From positions 2,232,001 through 2,296,000 of the forward strand of contig NC_086108.1 in NCBI RefSeq assembly GCF_963921235.1: DNA of 64,000 bases, written 5' to 3'. Each line of letters starts with the position of its first letter. Position 1 is the first letter of the stretch. The notes under the pieces are model-generated. The model was given only the letters and a program-made list of their open reading frames with translations. It ran no database searches and was not told the DNA's origin. The stretch is from Mobula hypostoma (lineage: Eukaryota). The position numbers were made by a program, and so were the translations under genes. Positions 38,101 through 47,954 of the stretch are shown piece after piece.

Positions 38101-41100
38101 GAGTACTGTGCTCAGTTCTGGTCACCTCACTACAGGAAGGATGTGGAAACCATAGAAAGGGTGCAGAGGAGATTTACAAGGATGTTGCCTGGATTGGAGA
38201 GCGTGCCTTTGAGAACAGATTGAATGAACTTGGCCTTTTTTCCTTGGAACAACGGAGGATGAGAGGTGACCTGATAGACCTGATAAGATGATGGGAAGGC
38301 ATTGATCGTGTGGACAGTCAGAGGCTTTTTCCCAGGGCTGGAATGGCTAGCACGAGAGGGCACAGTTTTAAGGTGCATGGATGCTGGTATAGAGGGGATG
38401 TCAGGGATAAGTTTTTCATACAGACAGTGGTGGGTGCATGGAATGCACTGTCAGTGACATTGGTAGAGGTGGATACAATTGGGTCTTTTAAGAGACTCTT
38501 GGATAGGTACATGGAGGTTAGAAAAATAGAGGGCTATGCGGTAGGGTAAGTCTAGGTAGCTTCTAGAGTAGGTTACATAGTCGGCACAACATTGTGGACT
38601 GAAGGGCCTGCAATGTGTTGTAGATTTCTATATTCTATGTTCCTGCCTAATGGTAAGGGACCAAAGAGATTGTGCGATGGCCGGGAAGGATCTGAAGCCT
38701 CTGCTCCTGATAGGTATTTCTGATAGGTGGAAGAGAGACCCTGAGGATCCTCTCAGCTGTCCTCACAATCCTTTGTAGGGACTTGCAGTCAGACGCCTTG
38801 CAGTTTCTGTACCAGACGGGTGATGCAGTCAGGACTGTCTGATTGATGCTCTAGTAACAGTCATATCACTCATTAATCATCGGAAGGAAGTTAAGACACC
38901 AGCGTTCACTCCTGTGGCAGACCACTTACACATCTGGTAGGCCAGTTTATGCGCACTTGTTTCCTATTAGCCTACCAATCTTTGACCTATGTCAGGCTGT
39001 GCCCTCCCACACATTCAACATTTGTTTTCTGCAATAATCTTTGATGTTGGATTTCATCAACCTGATTTCAGGGAATCCAACTACAGGACATCTACCACCT
39101 CCCCCTCATGCAAGTGCTTGTTACTTCTAAGAACTCCAATATATTGGTCAAACATGACTTCCCCTTCACAGAACCAGGTTGAATTGCCCGATTTTCTTGA
39201 ATCATTGTCCCCACCATGTGGGACATGCCATCTTCTCACAACTACCATCGGGCAAGAGGTACAGAACCCTAAAGTCCCACACCACTAGGTTCAAAAACAG
39301 CTACTTCCCTTGTTCATTAGGAATTTGAGGAAATTTGTTATGTCATCGAAGACCGTAGCAAGTTTCTACAGATGTACCATGGAGAGCATTCTGACTGGTT
39401 GCCCCACCGGGGAGGGGCACTACACAGGGTCGGAAAAAACTCAGCCAGCTCAATCGTGGACACCAGCCTCCCCACCATCGAGGACATCTTCAAACGGTGA
39501 CGTCGCAGGAAGGTGGCACCTATCATGAAGGACCTCACCACCCAGGCCATGCCCTCTTCTCAACAATGCCATCAGGGAGGAGATACAGGAGCCTGAAGAC
39601 CTACACTCAGTGTTTTAGTCACAGTTTCTTGCCTTCCACCATCAGAATTCTGTATGGTCCATGAACTCATGGAGACCTCTCACTTACTGTACATTTTTAT
39701 TTATTTTTAAAATAATTCTAAATAGTAAGTTTTAATGTTCTACACTGACACAGAACAACACACTCTATGTCAGTGATGGTAAACCATATTATGATACTGA
39801 CTATTCTGGTATTGATTCAATCATTCGGTTCTTGAACCAACCCTGCACAACCCTAATCATTACCTCAGCACTACAACACGATGACCACTTTGGAGAGGCC
39901 AGTCCAAAGAACTCCCAGTTAGTAGGTTAATTGGTCATAGTATAAGCTCCTGTGATTAGGCTAGAGTTAAAGAGGTCGGTTGCTGGGTGGCGTGGATCGA
40001 AGGGTGCCGTATCTGCAAATAAATAAATCAACAGCCGATGTTTCAGGTCGAGACCCTTCATCAGGAATCATCTGAAACATCCACTATTTATTACTCTCCA
40101 TAGATGCTGCCTAACCTGCTGAGTTCCTCCAGCATTTTGTGTGTGTTACTCTGACCATCGACACTGTCTGACCTGCTGAGTTCCTCCAGCATTTTGTGTG
40201 TGTTACTCTGACCATCGACACTGTCTGACCTGCTGAGTTCCTCCAGCATTTTGTGTGTGTTACTCTGACCATCAACACTGTCTGACCCGCTGAGTTCCTC
40301 CAGCATTTTGTGTGTGTTACTCTGACCATCGACACTGTCTGACCCGCCGAGTTCCTCCAGCATTTTGTGTGTGTTACTCTGACCATCGACACTGTCTGAC
40401 CGGCTGAGTTCCTCCAGCATTTTGTGTGTGTTACTCTGACCATCGACACTGTCTGACCTGCTGAGTTCCTCCAGCATTTTGTGTGTGTTACTCTGACCAT
40501 CGACACTGTCTGACCTGCTGAGTTCCTCCAACAACAAGAGGATAAGACGTGAGAGAATAGGACCATCAAGTGTGACAGTGGGAAAGTGAGTATGGAATCG
40601 GAGGAAATAGCAGAGGTACTTAATGAATACTTTACTTCAGTATTCACTATGGAAAAGGATCTTGGCGATTGTAGGGATGACTTGCAGCAGATTGAAAAGC
40701 TTGAGCATGGAGATAATAAGAAAGAGGATGTGCTGGAGCTATTGGAAAGCATCAAGTTAGGTAAGTCTCTGGGACTGGATGAGTTGTACCCCAGGCTACT
40801 GTGCAAGACGAGGGAGGAGATTGCTGAGCCTCTGGCAGTGATCTTTGCATCATCAATGGGGACAGGAGAGGTTCTGGAGGATTGAAGCGTTGTAGATTGT
40901 GTTCCCTTATTCAAGAGAGGGAGCAGAGATAGCCCAGGAAATTATAGACCAGTGAGTCTTACTTTAGTGGTTGGTAAGTTGATGAAAAAGATCCTGAGAG
41001 GCAGGATTTACGAACATTTGGAGAGGCATAATATGATTAAGAATAGTCAGCATGGCTTTGTCAAAGGCAGGTCGTGCCTTACGAGCCTGATTGAATTTTT

Positions 41101-44100
41101 TGAGGATGTGACTAAACACATTGATGAAGGTAGAGCAGTAGATGTAGTGTATATGGATTTCAGCAAGGCATTTGACAGGGTACCCCATGCAAGGCTTATT
41201 GAGAAAGTAAGCAGGCATGGGATCCAAGAGGACCTTGCTTTGTGGATTCAGATTTGGCTTGCCCACAGAAGGCAATGAGTGGTTGTAGAGACAGGTCATA
41301 TTCTGCATGGAGATCGAGGATGAGTGGTGTGCCTCAGGGATCAGTTCTGGGACCCCTTCTCTTCGTGATGTTTATGTTTATAGTGGAGTGATGGGTTAGT
41401 AAATTTGCTGATGACACAAAGGTTGGGGGTGTTGTGGACAGTGTGGAGGACTATCAGTCTGAGCACATCCCTTCTCCATCACCTGCCTATCCTCCCTCTC
41501 ACACTGTCTACAAGCTTTCTCTATTTGTGAGCCAACAGCCCCTTCCTCCATCACTTCAGTTCGGTCTTCACCCACCAGTAATTCTAGTATAAACTCTCCC
41601 GAACAGCCTTAGCAAACCTCCCCGCCAGGATATTGGTCCCCCTCAGATTCAAGTACAACCCGTCCTTTTTGTACAGGTCACTCCTGCCCCAAAAGATGCC
41701 CCAGTGATCCAGAAATTTGAATCCCTGCCCCCTGCTCCAATCCCTCAGCCACGCATTTATCCTCCACCTCACTCTGTTCCCATACTCACTGTTGTGTGGC
41801 ACAGGCAGTAATCCCAAGATTACTATGCTTGTGGTCCTGCTTCTCAAATTCCTTCTTAACTCCCTGTAGTCTGCTTTCAGGACCTTCTCCCTTTTCCTCC
41901 CTATGTTGTTGGTACCAATATGTACCACAACCTCTGGCTGTTCACCTTCCCACATCAGGATATCGAGGACGCGATCAGAAACATCCTGGACACTGGCACC
42001 TGGGAGGCAAACTACAATCCATGTTTCTTTCCTGCATCCGCAGAATTGCCTGTTTGACTCCCTAACTATAGTCCCCTATTACTGCTGCCATCCTCTTCCT
42101 TTCCCTACCCTTCTGAGCCACAGGGCCAGACTCTGTGCCAGGTAGCTTGTACCCCCAACAGTACTCAAGCAGGAGTACTTATTATTAAGGGGGACAGCCA
42201 CAGGGGTCTCTCTAGTATCTGACCCTTGCCCTTTCCTCCCCTGACTGTTACCCACTTACCTGTGTCCCGAGGCACCGGTGTGACTAACTGCCTATAGCTC
42301 CTCTCTGTCACCTCCTCACTCTCCCTGACCAGGCTGCATCTCGAGTTCCCTTACCCGGTCCCTAAGGAGCTGCAGCTCGATGTACCTGGTGCAGATATGG
42401 CCTTCCGGGAGGCTGGGAGTCTCCCAGACTTCCCACATCTGACAACCAGTACAGAATACCGGCCTCACAGATATACTTTGACAAGGTACCACATATTACG
42501 CTGTTTACCAAGTTAAGAGCCCATGCTATTTCAGGAAATAGTTAGAGCATTGGCTGATTGGTAGGAGGCAGCGAGTGGGAATAAAAGGTTCCTTTTCTGG
42601 TTGGCTGCCAGTGACTATTGAGGTTCTGCAGGAGTCAGTGTTGGGACCACTTCTTTTTATGTTGTATATCAATGATTTAGATGATAGAATAATGGCTTTC
42701 TTGCTAAGTTTTTGGATGATATGAAAATTGGTAGAGGGGGAGGTCGTGTTGAGGAAACAGATGGGCTGCAGAAGGATTTAAACAGATTAGGAGAATGGGC
42801 AAGAGAGTAATAAATGAAATACAATGTTGGAAAATGCATGGTCATATGCTTTGGTAGAATAAATAAATGTGCAAATTATTTTCTAAATAGGGAGAAAATC
42901 AAAAAAACTGTGATGCAAAGGGTCTTGGGAGTCCTTGTGCAGAACACCCTGAAGGTTAATTTGCAAGTTGAGTCGATGGTGAGGAAGGCAAATGCTATGT
43001 TAACATTCATTTCAAGGGGTCTAGAATACAAGAGCAGGGATGTGATGCTGAGGCTTTAGAAGGCACTGGTGAGGCTTCACCTTGCGTATTGTGAACAGTT
43101 TTTATACTTGCCTAAGAAAAGATGTGCTGGCATTGGAGAGGGTTCAGAGGAGGTTCACAAGGATGAACCCAGGAATGAGGGGGTTATCATACGAGGAATC
43201 TTTGATGGCTCTGGGTCTGTACTCACTGGAATTTAGAGGGATGAGGGGGAATCTCATTGAAACCTTTTGAATGTTGAAAGGGCTAGACAGAGTAGATGTG
43301 GAAAGGATGTTTCCCATGGTGGGGGAGTCTAGGACAAGAGGCACAAGCTCAGATTAGAGGGGTGTCCATTTAAAACAGATGCAGATAAATCTCTTTAGCC
43401 ACAGGGTGAATTTCAATAGGTCCAATAGGTGCAGTTAATGTCAGAGAAATGTATACACTTCTTTTTCCTTGTGGAATTTGTTACCACAGGCAGCTGTGGA
43501 GGCCAGGTTGTTGGGTATATTTAAGGAGGGAGCTTGATAGTTCTTGATTAAACACGATTTCAAAGGTCGAGGGGAGGTCCGGGGAGTGGGGCTGAGGAGG
43601 GGAGGAAGGATCAGCCATGATTGAATGGTGGAGCAGGTTCAATGGACCAAGGGCCTAATACTGCTCCTATGTCTTATGGTCTAATGACCGTGAGGCTCCG
43701 ATGTCATATTCAAGTTTGCTGATGACACCACTGTTGCTGGCCAAATTGAAGGTGGTGATGAATTAGCAATTGAAAATTTGACTGAGTGGTGTTCCAACAA
43801 CCTCTTGCTCAATGTCGGCAAGACCAAAGAGCTGATAATTGACTTCAGGAGGAGGAAGCCAGAGATCAATGCACCAGCCCTCACTGGAGGATCAGAGGTG
43901 GACAGGGTCAGGCAAGTTTAGATTCTTTAGTGTCTCATTTCAGAAGACCTGTCCTGGGCCCAGTACATAAGGAAGAAAGCATGGCAGCTCATTTACTTTC
44001 TTAGAAGTTTGTGAAGATTTGGCATGAGATCCATAACTTTGACAAACCTCTATAGATGTGTAGTGGAGAGTGTATTGACTGGTTCCATCATGGTCTGGTA

Positions 44101-47100
44101 TGGAAACCAATGCTTTTGACAGAAAATTCTGTAAAACTTGATACAGCCCAGTCCGTCATGGGTAAAGCCCTCCCGACTAGTGAGCACGCCTACTCGGGGA
44201 GTGCTGTCACAGGAAAGCAGCATCCATCATCGTGTCATGGTCCGGTCCGTGAAGTCTGCATTCTGGTTCACGGTCCAGTCCATCGATCTGTGTTCCGGGT
44301 GTTCCCTGTTTTCCCTGGTTCCGTTGGGCTCCTTAATCGAGGCACCTGATTCTAGTTTTAGGCTGGCGACATAAAGAGCTTCAGGATTCAGCTTCTTTCC
44401 CCCTCCATCCGAATCCCCGGTAGTTACCTCAGCAGTCACCTCATCAAGTACCCTCGGCAGTCATCCCGGCCCTGCATCCAAGAAAGGGTCCCGACCCTGC
44501 GAAAGCATCCTGGCCCCGCGTCTTAGAAAGGGTCCCGGCCCTGTGCTCCAAGAAGGAGTCCCGGCTCTGTACCCAAGGGCCTAACCAAGCCGAGTCCAAG
44601 AGCCGAGCCTAGCTTAGTCCAAGAGCCAAGTCCTGCCCTGGAGTTCCATGTCCAGCCCAGGAGTCCCTCACCCGGTGCTGGAGTTCCCTCACCAGGTGCT
44701 GGAGTCCCTCGTCTAGTCCAACCCTCGTCCAAGAACCTTGTCTAGTCCAAGCCTCGTCCAAGAACCTCGTCTAGTCCAAGCCTTGTCCTAGAACCTCGTC
44801 TAGTCCAAGCCTTGTCCTAGAACCTCGTCTAGTCCAAGCCACATTCAAGAACCTCGTCCAAGTCCAAGTCAAGGCTTTGTGTTCTCGTCCTGTCCATGTG
44901 CCTCGTCCTGTGCAGGAGTTCCACATCCAGTCCTGTAGCCATGTCTTGTCCTTGCCTAGATCCAGGGTCTGAGCCCGAGTCAAGACACAGGTTCTGGGTC
45001 CTTGTCCAGTCTCTGGCTTGGAGTCCTAGCCCAGGCTCCTAGTTCCAAGATCCTTGTCCTGGTCCCGCTTTCCTAGTCTTAGTCCTAGCCCAGGCCCGGT
45101 GTCCTTGTCTCGTCCAGGGCCTGTGTCCATGTCCAGCGTCGTTTCTTCCTGACTCCCCTTGCTTTCTCGATAAACCTAATCCTGTTCCTAGTACTTCAGT
45201 TCCTGCGTCTTGCATTTAGGTCCGCCATCAACGCCCACCTAATAACACATCAGGGACCCCCACTACCCAGTACATGCTCTCTTCTCGCTGCTGCCATCGG
45301 GAAGGCGTTACGGGAACCAACGAACTCGCACCACTGGGTTCAGGAACAGATACTACCCCTCAAGCATCAGGCTGTTACCAGGGGATAACCACTCAACTTT
45401 ACTTGCCCCATCACTGAATTGCCCCCACTCACTTTCACACACCCTTCATCTCATGTTCTCGATATTTATTGCCCTTTTATTTATTATGAATTTGCTTGGG
45501 TCTTTTTGTTGCTTCTTTGCATCTACTTTGAACGCCCGGAAGGAAACGAATCTCAGGGTTGTACATATACTTTGATAATATACGATATCATATACTTTCT
45601 GATGAACAGACCCCAATCAGTTAAGTCAGACAACCTCTCCTCCTCCACTCTCACCCTGAACACCAGCGTGCCTCAAGGCTGTGTGCTGAGCCCTCTTCTG
45701 TACTCCCTTTTCACCTATGGCTGCGTTCCTGTACATGGTTCTAACTCCATAATCAAGTTCGCAGATGACACCACGGTGGTTGGCCTGATCAGAGGGGATG
45801 ATGAGACGGCCTACAGGGACGAGGTCCAACACCTGGCCGCGTGGTGTGCCGACAACAACCTGGCCCTTAACACCCAGAAGACCAAGGAGATCATTGTGGA
45901 CTTTAGGCATGCCAGGAGTCACACTCACGTCCCCATCTACATCAACGGAACCGGAGTAGAGCGTGTATCAAGTTTCAAATTCCTTGGTGTCCACATTTCT
46001 GAGATCTCACCTGGTCCCTGAACTCCTCCATCCTGATCAAAAAGGTGCAACAGCGTCTTTATTTCCTGCAAAGCATCAAGAAAGCTCACCTCTGTCCCAG
46101 GATACTGACAGACTTTTACTGCTGTACCATTGAGAGCATACTCACCAACTGCATCTCAGTGTGGTATGGCAATTGTCCAATATTGGACCACAAAGCACTC
46201 CAGCGTGTGGTGAAAACTGCCCAGCAGATTATCGGCACCCAATTGCCCACCATTGCGAACATCTACCATAAACACTGTCTGGGCGGGTGAAAAGCGTTAT
46301 CAGGGATGCATCTCACCCTAACCATGGACTTTTTACTCTCCTCCCATCTGGTAGGCGCTACAGGAGCCTCCGCTCCCGCACCAGCAGGCACAGGAAGAGC
46401 TTCTTCCCTGAGGCTGTGACCCTGCTGAACCTCACATCACAGCGCTAAGCAGTATTGCACTCATACTGTACTGTCTCAGTACTTTTATATTTGTGTGCTG
46501 TAGCACTTACTTTTTATTCACAGTTATTTTGTAAATAACATTATCGTTTGCAGTTCTGGTCAGGTGCTAACTGCATTTCATTGGCTTTGTATCTGTACTC
46601 GGCACAATGACAATAAAGTTGAATCTAATCTAATCTAATAATACGTTGACTTTGAACTCTGAACAACCCAGTCAGCCACACTTCACCAATAAGAAATTGA
46701 TAGAAAATTGTAAGAAGCATCTTTATTTCTTAGGTTGTTTTCTTGGGGGGGGGGAAGTCCCCTGCTTTTTGGGGAGTCATCGATGTGTGTCCTGTTAACA
46801 AATTTATTCTGGCGGAATGTGGGGATTTCCAGTTTTGCTGACTGCAGTAACACTCCTTAGCTAAGTCACGGAAGAAGAACAAAACCCCGGTTTAAATATT
46901 GTTTTAATATACAAAATTTAAATAACTTCATCCAATGCACTGAAGTTATTCTTAGAAAAATTTCAAACCTTAAAAATAAAGTGATACTCAAAAAGGGTCT
47001 GTTTCTGATTCGAAAGTTGATGTTAATCATTCAAATACCCCCGTCAATCAACATGAAACCCCGCCCACTCACCATTCGATTGGAGGATGCGCAGGGATTA

Positions 47101-47327
47101 CACCATCTGATTGGACAGCCGCGCTGTCAATAGTGAATGCGGCCGCTGATGGACGTGGCGGACAGAAGACGGCGGTAAAGGACGGCGGAGACAGGCGCGA
47201 TTTCGGAGCAGAATCGCGGACAGAAGAATCGCATTTGCAAATATGACTGACCTACTTGGTAGAGCCTCCCTTCGGGAGAGAAGATGGTGATGTGACGGTC
47301 GAAGCCGGCGCTCGAACCGCGGCTCAT
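8096..47327 (-). CDS. psma6l: Proteasome 20S subunit alpha type-6-like gene (alpha-1 paralogue), spliced coding exons 1-6; final exon not in window
   Basis: Six exons of 76/95/82/156/179/95 nt join in frame, all with GT-AG boundaries, matching the PSMA6 exon layout. Protein: [227 protein letters not shown](R). PSMA6 family is certain; the psma6l assignment is inferred from divergence. Confidence 0.93.
8522..8550. repeat. (CA)n microsatellite
   Basis: acacacacacacacccacacacacaca. Confidence 0.85.
8943..12328 (-). mobile_element. Young CR1 LINE: 3' part of ORF1 esterase plus ORF2 (APE endonuclease + RT) with two frameshifts, nested in an older + strand CR1 fragment (~8765-8942 / 12329-12610)
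   Basis: [29 protein letters not shown] and FADD motifs; DGLHLN esterase motif; frameshifts near 10185 and 9940. Confidence 0.93.
12604..13625 (+). repeat. 74-bp minisatellite (~13-14 copies) derived from the CR1 ORF2 3' end
   Basis: Unit GGTTTGGATAGGTACATGGATAGGAGGGGTATGGAAGACTATGGTCCAGGTGTGGGTCGATGGGATCAGGGAGA; period 12671->12745; colinear with the flanking CR1. Confidence 0.9.
13945..15145 (+). mobile_element. Rex1/Babar-like LINE, 5'-truncated
   Basis: [22 protein letters not shown] and KKARQWLYF motifs; GATTCT-type tail. Confidence 0.85.
15205..15415 (+). mobile_element. RTE-tail-type SINE/LINE 3' fragment
   Basis: GAAGGCAATGGCAAACCACT resembles RTE/BovB-derived 3' ends (recognised from memory). 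Confidence 0.45.
15812..15990 (-). CDS. psma6l: PSMA6-like exon 5 ([60 protein letters not shown])
   Basis: Acceptor ttgcag|GTATG; donor GAG|gtaccc; 179 nt; [11 protein letters not shown] motif. Confidence 0.95.
16255..16545 (+). mobile_element. RTE (Rex3/Expander-like) 5' UTR-derived fragment
   Basis: CAATGACCCGGAGAGCTGTGTTG...CCTGGTAGGGTTACC...GGTCCTCCAGGTT...GGGCTAACAACCC resembles RTE 5' UTRs. Confidence 0.45.
16870..17705 (+). mobile_element. Internally deleted CR1 RT fragment nested in a Rex-like 3' fragment (~16735-16870 / 17706-18030)
   Basis: [19 protein letters not shown] and FADD motifs; TTCTATG tail. Confidence 0.8.
18305..19556 (+). mobile_element. Rex1/Babar-like LINE, 5'-truncated and frameshifted, inside Tc1
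   Basis: [31 protein letters not shown]-type tail. Confidence 0.85.
20113..21829 (+). mobile_element. Rex1/Babar-like LINE inserted into the Tc1 WSDETK catalytic segment
   Basis: 372-aa RT ORF; (GATTCT)n tail; host resumes at AAATTTGAGC. Confidence 0.88.
22730..23010 (-). mobile_element. Degenerate tRNA-derived SINE related to the 1-7996 minisatellite source
   Basis: GAAACCCACGAGGTCACCAGGAGAACGTAC core, GGAATTGAACC B-box complement, and a tail similar to 1140-1310. Confidence 0.7.
23069..23224 (-). CDS. psma6l: PSMA6-like exon 4 ([52 protein letters not shown])
   Basis: Acceptor aaccag|CGGAC; donor T|gtgagt; 156 nt; reading frame absent from the ORF track, translated by hand. Confidence 0.95.
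23340..23421 (-). CDS. psma6l: PSMA6-like exon 3 ([27 protein letters not shown])
   Basis: Acceptor tttcag|GAT; donor G|gttagt; 82 nt. Confidence 0.95.
23983..24590 (+). repeat. ~600 bp local direct duplication, copy A
   Basis: Near-identical to 27660-28266 (offset 3677). Confidence 0.92.
25685..27590 (-). mobile_element. Old CR1 ORF2 fragment
   Basis: [11 protein letters not shown] and [11 protein letters not shown] motifs; multiple disruptions. Confidence 0.85.
27660..28266 (+). repeat. ~600 bp local direct duplication, copy B
   Basis: Near-identical to 23983-24590. Confidence 0.92.
29575..30170 (-). mobile_element. Degenerate Rex1/Babar 3' fragment
   Basis: AATCAGAATCAGG tail complement; FKFLG-like segment. 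Confidence 0.65.
30570..31485 (+). mobile_element. Two degenerate CR1 3'-end fragments (~30570-30985 and ~31140-31485)
   Basis: SRTRG / RRNFF segments and the CR1 3' UTR motif. Confidence 0.7.
31490..32310 (-). mobile_element. Degenerate Rex1/Babar RT fragment
   Basis: [12 protein letters not shown] and ASGPNGV motifs. Confidence 0.75.
32405..33732 (-). mobile_element. 5'-truncated CR1 LINE (RT)
   Basis: 344-aa RT ORF with [25 protein letters not shown] tail complement. Confidence 0.9.
33966..34060 (-). CDS. psma6l: PSMA6-like exon 2 ([32 protein letters not shown])
   Basis: Acceptor ttttcag|AATATGCC; donor GTG|gtgagt; 95 nt. Confidence 0.95.
34330..35340 (-). repeat. Penelope-terminal-repeat-derived element containing a 52-bp minisatellite (~14 copies, ~34495-35275)
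   Basis: Unit ATAGGTGAGGGACAAGTTGGGTGAGGGGAATGAAGTGAGAAGCTGGGAGGTG; degenerate hammerhead core at ~34401-34438. Confidence 0.85.
35975..38642 (+). mobile_element. Decayed CR1 LINE (ORF1 end, APE, RT)
   Basis: VAITETW, SDHN and [11 protein letters not shown] motifs; TTCTATG tail. Confidence 0.88.
40105..40530 (+). repeat. 57-bp minisatellite (~7 copies) derived from a Penelope-type terminal repeat
   Basis: Unit CTGACCTGCTGAGTTCCTCCAGCATTTTGTGTGTGTTACTCTGACCATCGACACTGT. Confidence 0.9.
40535..41455 (+). mobile_element. Internal CR1 ORF2 fragment
   Basis: [13 protein letters not shown] and MDFSKAFD motifs. Confidence 0.85.
41460..42475 (-). mobile_element. Decayed CR1 ORF1 (SGNH esterase) fragment
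   Basis: VVVHIGTN and DGLYLN motifs. Confidence 0.8.
42480..43682 (+). mobile_element. Decayed CR1 RT 3' fragment
   Basis: [11 protein letters not shown] motif; CR1 3' UTR. Confidence 0.82.
44233..45247 (+). mobile_element. Solo LTR (1015 bp) with internal short tandem repeats, inserted into a Rex-like fragment (~43700-45390)
   Basis: TGTCA...TAACA termini; 5-bp TSD CATCG/CATCA; host sequence resumes colinearly; strand inferred. Confidence 0.8.
45595..46638 (+). mobile_element. Rex1/Babar-like LINE, 5'-truncated
   Basis: [13 protein letters not shown]; (AATCT)n tail; same family as 18305-19556. Confidence 0.87.
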
Positions 47328-47350
47328 CTTTACAGCGAAAACGGAGAAAT
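47040..47350. promoter_or_regulatory. CpG-rich promoter/exon 1 region with GC box and two CCAAT boxes in the start of intron 1
   Basis: Dense CpG; CCCCGCCC at 47059-47066; ATTGG at 47079 and 47110 (31 bp apart). Confidence 0.5.
47252..47327 (-). CDS. psma6l: PSMA6-like coding exon 1 ([25 protein letters not shown])
   Basis: ATG at 47327; alpha-subunit N-terminal signature; donor G|GTCAGT at 47251. Confidence 0.96.
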
Positions 47351-47353
47351 GTG

Positions 47354-47372
47354 CACTTTTACTTTCGGTTTC
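47354..47372 (-). promoter_or_regulatory. ISRE / IRF-binding element just upstream of the PSMA6-like ATG
   Basis: Minus strand GAAACCGAAAGTAAAAGTG fits GAAANNGAAA plus a third IRF-like half-site; core lies 34-45 bp from the start codon. Confidence 0.7.
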
Positions 47373-47954
47373 ATAAACAAAACAAAACCAGGAAATAAAG
47401 TGCTAAACAATTGGTCTGATTCGATGTAAGATATCAAATCCTTGTATTCCTGGGGTCTATTTTCAGCGATAAGGAGAAACACACAGCATATACTGGAAAT
47501 CGAACATAAAAATCAGAAAATGGCAGAAATGGACACGGCTGGTTATATGAGATGGGTTTCAAATATTACAAAGTAAATTTTATTATCATGACACCACATA
47601 CAAACCTGAGATTCTTTTTCCTGCGGGCGTACTTAGAAAAACCTATAGAACATAGTTTCTACAGTTTAAGTTCCATGTGGAATATTTTGGAGGATCAAGA
47701 ACCAAGAAGAGTAATTGTAAACAGGATCAATGGACAACAAACTCTGAAAATGCAGTTATAAATAAATAGCAATAAATAATGAGAGCATGAAATAACAAGA
47801 TAAAGTATCCTTAAACTGAGACCATGGGTCGTGGGAATGCCAGAAATAGAATGAGTGTAGTTATCACCTTCTGTTCAGCAGCCTGACGGTTGAGGGGCAG
47901 TAACTGTTCTTGAACCTGGTGGTGTGAGTCCTGAGGCACCTGTACCTTCCATCT

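Noticed and set aside
41460..43682. Twin-priming 5' inversion of one CR1 (ORF1 minus abutting RT plus)
   Set aside because: About 2 kb of the element is missing between the breakpoints, there is no TSD and no evidence both parts are one family
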